Of a stretch of DNA of 64,000 bases, positions 57,437 to 64,000 are shown one piece after another. The notes under the pieces were generated by a model. That model was given only the letters and a program-made list of their open reading frames with translations, made no database searches and was not told where the DNA came from. How positions within the stretch are numbered: position 1 is the stretch's first letter; every line of letters starts with the position of its first letter. The translations under genes were made by a program, and so were the position numbers. The stretch lies in IMG/VR virus record IMGVR_UViG_3300008120_000087. One strand, written 5' to 3'. The stretch is from an uncultured virus (IMG/VR IMGVR_UViG_3300008120_000087) (taxonomy: Duplodnaviria; Heunggongvirae; Uroviricota; Caudoviricetes).

Positions 57437-58006
57437 ATGAAGAATTTAATTATCATTGCACATCCTGACAAACAGAGTTTTTGTTACAACGGAATACAAA
57501 AAACAATTGCAGATACCTTAGAATCTAATAAAGAAGATTTCTATATTGTAGACCTCTATGCGGAAAACAAGACATTTGATTTTGGTAAAGATAAAGTTAG
57601 GGAATATAAAGACTTAATTACATGGACAGATAGAATATATTTCATATCTCCTGTTTGGTGGTTTAGGACAACACCAATGTTAGAGGCGTTCTTTGACCAA
57701 ATATTCACACCAGGGTTTGCATACAAGTTCATACCAGTCACAAAAAAATACGGATATCCAAAACCTTTGTTGAAGGATAAAAAGGTTCGAACTTATTTGA
57801 CTCATGGTGCACCATCATTACCCGTCCTTACTTTATATCTAAACTCAGTTAAACTAAGATTAGTAATGGGGGTTTATTCATTTGTTTTTGGTTGGTTCAG
57901 AACAAAGACACGTCAGTTTTGGAGTGTTCCATTCGTGAGTCAAAATGAGAGATTGGTCTATCTCGATAAAGTAAAATCAGATGTAAGAGGAGATTTAAAA
58001 AAATGA
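57437..58006 (+). CDS. Flavodoxin-like NAD(P)H dehydrogenase (quinone)
   Basis: IIAHP, SPVWW..P.L..FFD, PGFAY. Confidence 0.85.
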   Translation: MKNLIIIAHPDKQSFCYNGIQKTIADTLESNKEDFYIVDLYAENKTFDFGKDKVREYKDLITWTDRIYFISPVWWFRTTPMLEAFFDQIFTPGFAYKFIPVTKKYGYPKPLLKDKKVRTYLTHGAPSLPVLTLYLNSVKLRLVMGVYSFVFGWFRTKTRQFWSVPFVSQNERLVYLDKVKSDVRGDLKK

Positions 58007-58383
58007 AATATAGAACAAGAAAGTTAATTAAACCGAGTGATTTGAATGCTAGGGGAACATTATTTGGAGGACAAGTTTTAAAGTGGATTGACGAAGAGGC
58101 TGCAATATTTGCTGTCTGTCAATTAGGAGAAAGAAACATTGTAACCAAAGCGATGAGTGAAATAAATTTTGTTTCAACCGCAGTGGTAGGTGATATAGTG
58201 GAATTTGGTATGGAACTGATTAATGTTGGAAATACCTCAATTACAATTGCGTGTGATGTTAGAAACAAAATGACAAAACAATCTGTAATCAAAATTGACA
58301 AAATTGTTTTTGTTAATTTAGATGAGAATGGAAAACCAAAACCACACGGAAAACCTAAAATAGATAAAAATGCAGTCCAATAA
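58003..58383 (+). CDS. Acyl-CoA thioesterase (hotdog fold)
   Basis: [30 protein letters not shown]. Confidence 0.88.
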   Translation: MKYRTRKLIKPSDLNARGTLFGGQVLKWIDEEAAIFAVCQLGERNIVTKAMSEINFVSTAVVGDIVEFGMELINVGNTSITIACDVRNKMTKQSVIKIDKIVFVNLDENGKPKPHGKPKIDKNAVQ

Positions 58384-59578
58384 AAAAATCGGTATTGTAG
58401 ATTGTAACAATTTTTACGTTAGTTGTGAAAGAGTTTTCAATCCAATCTCCATTGGGAGACCTACAGTTGTTTTATCTAACAACGATGGTTGTGTTATTGC
58501 CCGCTCTCAAGAAGCCAAAGCCCTTGGAATCAAAATGGGTGAACCTTTCTTTATGAAAAAAGACTTCATGGAAGAACATAGATTCTGTGTTTATTCATCA
58601 AACTATAACTTGTATGGAGATATGTCAGACAGAGTCATGACAACCATAAAGAAGTATGCTAAAGAAGTTGAGGTCTATTCTATTGATGAGTGTTTTGTGG
58701 ATTTTTCTAATATACCCGATGATGAACTTTTAGATAGATTACATCTTATTCGTAATGAGGTTAAAAGACTTACAGGAGTTCCTGTTTCAATAGGTGTCGG
58801 TCCAAATAAGACATTAGCCAAACTTACATCACATATAGCCAAACAACAACAATCATACGATGGTGTTTGTTCATATTGGAGTTTGCATGATTTTAGGGAA
58901 TCACTTTACACAATATCTGTAGATGAGGTTTGGGGTATTGGTAGACAGTGGAATAAAAAATTAAAAAACTTAGGAGTTGAGAGTGTTGGTCAATTTGTTA
59001 TGATGTCTGATAGTATTGTCAGAAAAATGATGAATGTAAATGGACTTAGAACAAAGTGTGAACTTCTTGGTATGTATTGTCATCCTGTAAAACCATTACC
59101 AAAGTTAAAAAAGAACATAGCATCAACAAGGTCATTCGGACAAGACGTAAATGATTTTAATCAATTATCTGAGGCCATGTATACATATATTAAAAACGGG
59201 GTGAAAAAACTTATTGATAATGAAATATCACCAAACCGAGCAACCATATTTTTAAGTGGAAATGTTCATAAAGGTGAAAAACATTACTCGAGTAAACAGA
59301 TTACATTTCAAAAACAAACAAGAGATGTGGATGAAATATGGAGCCAGGTATATCCACACTTAAAGAAAATTTATAACTCAAGTAAGAATTATAAAAAATG
59401 TGGAATTATATTTAATGAACTTATGCCCGAGAATATAGAACAACCCACTTTATTTACAACTTCAATACAGTTAGTTCAGGCACCCATAAACAAAAAAAAA
59501 GAGTGGGAGATGAGACAAGATTTCATGTCCCAAAAGTATACCACATCTTGGGATGAAATACCCAAAGTTTTCGTATGA
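58370..59578 (+). CDS. umuC: Y-family DNA polymerase V catalytic subunit
   Basis: [43 protein letters not shown]. Confidence 0.93.
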   Translation: MQSNKKIGIVDCNNFYVSCERVFNPISIGRPTVVLSNNDGCVIARSQEAKALGIKMGEPFFMKKDFMEEHRFCVYSSNYNLYGDMSDRVMTTIKKYAKEVEVYSIDECFVDFSNIPDDELLDRLHLIRNEVKRLTGVPVSIGVGPNKTLAKLTSHIAKQQQSYDGVCSYWSLHDFRESLYTISVDEVWGIGRQWNKKLKNLGVESVGQFVMMSDSIVRKMMNVNGLRTKCELLGMYCHPVKPLPKLKKNIASTRSFGQDVNDFNQLSEAMYTYIKNGVKKLIDNEISPNRATIFLSGNVHKGEKHYSSKQITFQKQTRDVDEIWSQVYPHLKKIYNSSKNYKKCGIIFNELMPENIEQPTLFTTSIQLVQAPINKKKEWEMRQDFMSQKYTTSWDEIPKVFV

Positions 59579-60159
59579 ACATATCAGAAATTAATAAATC
59601 ATTTGTTTGGTTACAAGCTAGAACAGGTTCGGTTCATTGTGTAAAAGTTTTGAAAAACTACGGATTTTCAACTTACAAAAAAACGCCTGATGGTTTGAAA
59701 GTAATCCCGTTAAACAATAACCATTCCTTCGATTATCCAAGCGGACACAAAGATTATATTTTTTTATCTACGGCTCGAAATCCATTTTCAAGAATTTTAT
59801 CTTTTTATAAATTTAATCACAAAAATCCGAATATTTGGAGTCCTGAAAGTTTTCAGAACTATTTTTATATGAACTTTCCTAAAACAACATTGAGATGTAT
59901 AATTTGGCCATTTAAGGAAAGGACTCCGGATTATTTTATCAGAATCGAAAATCTTTATGATGATTACAATAAAATACCTTTCATAGCAAATTCCGATTTC
60001 GATAAATTAGTTCAAATTAGAAATTTATGTTCTATTAAAGATAATGATACCGATGTCATAAATGACGTTGACAAATATTTCACTCAGGAAATCAAAGATA
60101 TTATTTTTTCCTGTTCTCAAGACTACTGTAGTATGTTAAACTATGATTATCCATTCTGA
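59575..60159 (+). CDS. Sulfotransferase family 2-like protein
   Basis: [23 protein letters not shown]. Confidence 0.75.
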   Translation: MNISEINKSFVWLQARTGSVHCVKVLKNYGFSTYKKTPDGLKVIPLNNNHSFDYPSGHKDYIFLSTARNPFSRILSFYKFNHKNPNIWSPESFQNYFYMNFPKTTLRCIIWPFKERTPDYFIRIENLYDDYNKIPFIANSDFDKLVQIRNLCSIKDNDTDVINDVDKYFTQEIKDIIFSCSQDYCSMLNYDYPF

Positions 60160-60161
60160 CA

Positions 60162-60779
60162 ATGAGAACAACTAAATTGTTAAATATATCTGAGGAAATG
60201 AAATCATTTCTTTGGACACCACCCAAAACAGGTTCACACCATGCGGTAACAGTATTCAGTTGTCTACCTTTCACTTTCATGGAGTGCAGTTCAGATAGGT
60301 CTGAAGTTAAGAGGAAATCCAATTTTCCAGGTCATTTCCACAACACGGATTTGTTTGACGGTCACGAAAACTACTCTCTCATTTGCACGGCTAGAAACCC
60401 ACTCACAAGATTGGTCTCAGCCTACAAATTCCAAAACCAAGTTAAGGAAATCAGTCCAAAAGGATTCAAGGAATTTTTTTCGAATTACATCAGGAGCACA
60501 TCATTTGATTATTTTCTTTCAGGGACTGTCGAAGTTCCTAGAGTTCCTGATTTTTATGTCAGAACCGAGAGTTTATATGAAGATTACGTAAAAATTCCAT
60601 TCATATCAGATAGTAATCTTTCCAAATCAGGTTTATTGAAAGAGCTTTGTGGAAAACTCAAAAATGAGTCCCACAGGGAGTTGGATTTAAAAGAATGTTA
60701 TACAGATGATATGATTGAATACTTATACGAAAAAAATCGTTGGTATTTTGATAAATTGGGTTATGAACCAAAAATATGA
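60162..60779 (+). CDS. Sulfotransferase family 2-like protein
   Basis: PKTGS, RNPLTRLVSAY, VRTESL..D, FDKLGY. Confidence 0.8.
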   Translation: MRTTKLLNISEEMKSFLWTPPKTGSHHAVTVFSCLPFTFMECSSDRSEVKRKSNFPGHFHNTDLFDGHENYSLICTARNPLTRLVSAYKFQNQVKEISPKGFKEFFSNYIRSTSFDYFLSGTVEVPRVPDFYVRTESLYEDYVKIPFISDSNLSKSGLLKELCGKLKNESHRELDLKECYTDDMIEYLYEKNRWYFDKLGYEPKI

Positions 60780-60961
60780 GTGATAAGAAACAAACAGGAA
60801 TTTTTATTCCGATTAAGGTTGGTGATATAATTTACACGGGTAGATTTAGAAATAGAAGAACCACGGTCAAGACAATCGGTGTTGATGAATTTGGTATGCC
60901 AACAATCAATGGAAAGCGGGTTTGTAATTTCAAAATTACGAATAAGGAGAAAAAAGATTAG
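60776..60961 (+). CDS. Small basic hypothetical protein
   Basis: IKVGDIIYTGRFRN..MPTINGK. Confidence 0.6.
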   Translation: MSDKKQTGIFIPIKVGDIIYTGRFRNRRTTVKTIGVDEFGMPTINGKRVCNFKITNKEKKD

Positions 60962-61707
60962 ATTTTTTTGTGATAAATCGATGCAACAAAGTAATCGATA
61001 TCTCCACCTGATTTTTTGAATTCCTCCTCAGGATTTATTTTTACAAAATCGTTTTTGGATTTACCAGTATCACTTGAACTATCCTTATACCAAACATTCG
61101 AATATTTTGGTAAAACTTTCGACCATATTCTGAATGAACCTGTGAACAACACCGAACTACTCATAAGGTAATCACAGTTCTCAAGTATCGAAAGATACAT
61201 TTTAAGACCATAACCCATCCCGATTAATTTTCTCTCGGCTGCAGATGTTTGAACAGTTAATGAATTACCTTTCATATTCGCCTCATCTGTCGAAATTTTA
61301 CCTACAAAAATTTGAAACATTGGGTCAAAAAAATAAAACTCTTTCTCACTCCCGTTTTTATTGATAAAATAACTCAAACCTAATCCTGCTGATTTGAGAT
61401 TGAATATTTTTTTTGCTAAGTAGTAAGCGAAACCCGTTAATGAGTCGTATCGAGTAAGTTCTCTTGGCTTGGTTTGTTGCCTTAATCCGAAGTAATTGTA
61501 TAAGTCGAGGAGTTTGTAATCGGTGATTTTTGTAGGCTGATAACCCAATTTATCAATGTAATATTTTTTTGCTAATTTGGAAAATTCTTTGAACTTCAAT
61601 TTCTCACTCATCATCTTTAAAAAATCCTCTAATGGTTGAGTTTCGAAATGGCCTCTAGACCTGTGAAGTTCATTTATTTCTATATCTTTTTTTTCGTAAA
61701 TTAACAT
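60958..61707 (-). CDS. Hypothetical protein, possible GNAT-like C-terminus
   Basis: IGMGYGLKMY..S..RIW. Confidence 0.5.
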   Translation of the reverse strand: MLIYEKKDIEINELHRSRGHFETQPLEDFLKMMSEKLKFKEFSKLAKKYYIDKLGYQPTKITDYKLLDLYNYFGLRQQTKPRELTRYDSLTGFAYYLAKKIFNLKSAGLGLSYFINKNGSEKEFYFFDPMFQIFVGKISTDEANMKGNSLTVQTSAAERKLIGMGYGLKMYLSILENCDYLMSSSVLFTGSFRIWSKVLPKYSNVWYKDSSSDTGKSKNDFVKINPEEEFKKSGGDIDYFVASIYHKKI

Positions 61708-61715
61708 ATCAATAC

Positions 61716-61991
61716 TTATTCGTCACACTTTTTTGCCGTAGAACCGACCATCACATCAATTCCCGTAAAATTTTTTATAGATTCTTTGACACCGTTTCTC
61801 ATTCTCTTTGCAACAAATTCAGGTTTTGTTTGAATTGATTGGACAAAGTCGATGTTCAGAATAATGTATACCCAAATATTATCGTGCTCATCAAGTTCCT
61901 TATCAATGAAGAAACCACATATCCCTTCAACATCCCATTGATTGAGGAAGTTTTCGAGAACCGAAACAATTTTATCATGTTTGTTTTCCAT
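61716..61991 (-). CDS. Hypothetical protein
   Basis: Start MENKHD follows a TATTTAT motif. Confidence 0.6.
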   Translation of the reverse strand: MENKHDKIVSVLENFLNQWDVEGICGFFIDKELDEHDNIWVYIILNIDFVQSIQTKPEFVAKRMRNGVKESIKNFTGIDVMVGSTAKKCDE

Positions 61992-62055
61992 TATTAATAA
62001 ATATAACAAAGAAATATTCAAAACAATTGTTTGGACCTCAGATATTTATTTTTGG

Positions 62056-63393
62056 ATGAATCTGCAAGAAAACATACGAAGAATCAGAGTTCTCATGGGG
62101 GAAGCGGTCGAAGACGAAAGTTTCGAAATATCCTATGACGTTGACCCTAAAATTAAGGATTTACAAAATTTCTTAACATCAAAGAAATATTACATTGGAA
62201 AGTTTGGTCCGAACAAGGATGGTGTTGACGGGAAGTATGGTCCATTCACAAAGGCGGCACACGAGGCATTTAAAGCTGGAATGAAACCAGAGGTTTTCAA
62301 CAATCGAAGAGAACAAATTGCGCAGAAATATATTGGTGATGTAAAAGATGAGACACTCAGTAAAGAGTTCAATTTTCACTTGATTCCTGATGGGAAAAAT
62401 AATTACCGTTCTGCACAGATACCTGTAACACTTAATGGTAAAGATTATTTGTCAGAGCTTATCGACAAATACCGAATAAAAACTATCATCAGATTCAACG
62501 GAGACGGTCGTGATTCAAGACATTACTCGACACACCCGATGACAACAATACAATCAGAAAAGAATTTAGCAGAATCAAAAGGGGTTAAATTCTTTAAACT
62601 TTCATCTACTAAAGACCAAGATAAAGTTAATTCATTACTTAGCCAAGGTAATGTTCTCATACACTGTGCTCACGGTGCCGATAGAACAGGTGGAAATGTT
62701 GGAGGTTACCTTTACCAAAACGGTTGGGGTGACACTAAAAAAATATGGGATTATACAACTAACTACAATGGTTGGAACCGAATGCTAATGTCTAATCCAA
62801 AACTTTTTGTCATGACAGGGTTTTTACCACAAGCACAAAAATTCGGTGTGAAGGATTTAGAACAAGCCATAGACTTAGCCAATAACAAAAAGACGATAAC
62901 TAAAGGTAAGAATACTATTTCTCAAGGTAAAAATATCATTATTGGGGATTCACAAGTCCCATATGTTGATATGAATACAACTAAAGCGTCGAGGTTGACC
63001 AAATCAGGTGGAATTGATGGTCTTTGGGAAGGTGGAAAAACTGTTTCATGGTTGACAGACGCAGTTTCACAATATCCCAAGAGTAATGACGTTTCCAATG
63101 TAATTATAGTAATTGGGACTAATGGGGGATTTGGTAAATTTACCAAGGATGATATACCCAGATTGTTTAGCGTTCTGAAATCAAAGTTTCCAAACGCTAA
63201 CTTTTACGTCGTTCAAGGTTCTTGGGGATGGGGTGGATTGAAAAACATAACAGAAAAAGAAGTGAGAAATTACTATAAACAATTTAAACAACAGGGGGCA
63301 ACCTTGATTGAACCACCGATAGGTAAAATTGAGCCACATTCGAATCATCCTATTTATCAATCTATTGGTTCGAGTATTGATGGTATGTTATAA
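62056..63393 (+). CDS. Peptidoglycan-binding + Cys-phosphatase (PTP/DSP) + SGNH hydrolase multidomain protein
   Basis: LQNFL..GVDGKYGPFT; HCAHGADRTG; IGDSQ, GTNG, C-terminal His. Confidence 0.75.
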   Translation: MNLQENIRRIRVLMGEAVEDESFEISYDVDPKIKDLQNFLTSKKYYIGKFGPNKDGVDGKYGPFTKAAHEAFKAGMKPEVFNNRREQIAQKYIGDVKDETLSKEFNFHLIPDGKNNYRSAQIPVTLNGKDYLSELIDKYRIKTIIRFNGDGRDSRHYSTHPMTTIQSEKNLAESKGVKFFKLSSTKDQDKVNSLLSQGNVLIHCAHGADRTGGNVGGYLYQNGWGDTKKIWDYTTNYNGWNRMLMSNPKLFVMTGFLPQAQKFGVKDLEQAIDLANNKKTITKGKNTISQGKNIIIGDSQVPYVDMNTTKASRLTKSGGIDGLWEGGKTVSWLTDAVSQYPKSNDVSNVIIVIGTNGGFGKFTKDDIPRLFSVLKSKFPNANFYVVQGSWGWGGLKNITEKEVRNYYKQFKQQGATLIEPPIGKIEPHSNHPIYQSIGSSIDGML

Positions 63394-63403
63394 ATAAAAA
63401 GGA

Positions 63404-64000
63404 ATGAAGATAAGATTAACTGAAGAAAAATTAGTCCAAATTATAACTGAAATTGTTGAACAAGTTAATCAACAACCAACAAAGTTATTGGAGGTTCCTC
63501 ATTTTTTGCAATCAGATGATAGCACCTGTGGACCCGCATCACTCAGGATGGTATTTGGTTACTACGGAAAAAACATGAGTGAAAAAGATATTGCGGAGAT
63601 TTGTGACCATACCTATGAATTGGGGTGTAAAAGTGAAGATATGGCATGTGCTGCAGAGGCACTCGGATTTGATGTTTATCTTAAAAATAATTCTACAATT
63701 GATGAAGTTATTAAGTTGGTTGATGCTAACGTCCCTGTAATTGTTGATTGGTTTTGTGGTGACCCACCTGAAGGTCACTCTTCAGTTGTTATAGGGTATA
63801 ATGATGATAACTTATTCATACTTGACCCTTACTTAGAAGAAATGAGGGTTGTCAGTAAAACTGACTTCAGAAGATGTTGGTTTGACTTTTACGAAACGCC
63901 AATCAATCCACAAAACTTATACGTCGGACAAATAATTGTCATAAGACCTAAGTCGGGTCAAAAGATGGAACAAACAGAAGGAGAACTGAAAGAGAGATGC
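63404..64000 (+). CDS. C39-like cysteine peptidase, 3'-partial (not in ORF track)
   Basis: Manual translation: MKIRLTEEKLVQIITEIVE leader, QSDDSTCGPASL, GHSSVVIGY, ILDP; open to the window end. Confidence 0.8.
   Translation, partial: MKIRLTEEKLVQIITEIVEQVNQQPTKLLEVPHFLQSDDSTCGPASLRMVFGYYGKNMSEKDIAEICDHTYELGCKSEDMACAAEALGFDVYLKNNSTIDEVIKLVDANVPVIVDWFCGDPPEGHSSVVIGYNDDNLFILDPYLEEMRVVSKTDFRRCWFDFYETPINPQNLYVGQIIVIRPKSGQKMEQTEGELKERC

Noticed and set aside
1..64000. Stop-codon reassignment as seen in some jumbo phages
   Set aside because: Genes are intact and tightly packed under code 11; TAA, TAG and TGA all terminate genes
1..64000. Integrase, transposase, reverse transcriptase/DGR, intron or intein
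   Set aside because: No recognisable catalytic motifs or TR/VR repeat pairs were seen

Overview
This is an AT-rich, gene-dense segment of what is most likely a large (jumbo-type) tailed phage. A Bacteroidota host is inferred from many TTTG-N19/20-TAnnTTTG promoters, no obvious Shine-Dalgarno sequences and an Hc1-like histone protein. The standard genetic code fits all ORFs. No core capsid, terminase or replicative polymerase genes lie in the window. Coding content: DnaJ, thioredoxin/glutaredoxin, three DNA methyltransferase or R-M genes, three tandem collagen fibres with S74 chaperones, CysC next to a HIGH nucleotidyltransferase, sulfotransferases, glycosyltransferases and Glf, UvrC, UmuD-like/UmuC, an L,D-transpeptidase, and many late genes sharing a TATTTAT promoter-like motif and an N-terminal leader ending in Glu. 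A 1.6 kb non-coding island holds a tRNA(CAT) and a ~800 nt GOLLD-like RNA. Most striking observations: (1) the three collagen chains have 195/195/194 Gly-X-Y units despite unrelated internal repeats, suggesting a heterotrimeric procollagen-like fibre; (2) a coiled-coil gene is followed by a closed RNA structure with ~7-nt periodic TCAA repeats; (3) a putative head-cargo leader system; (4) the UmuD homolog appears catalytically dead. All family calls come from motif recognition by eye, not database searches.
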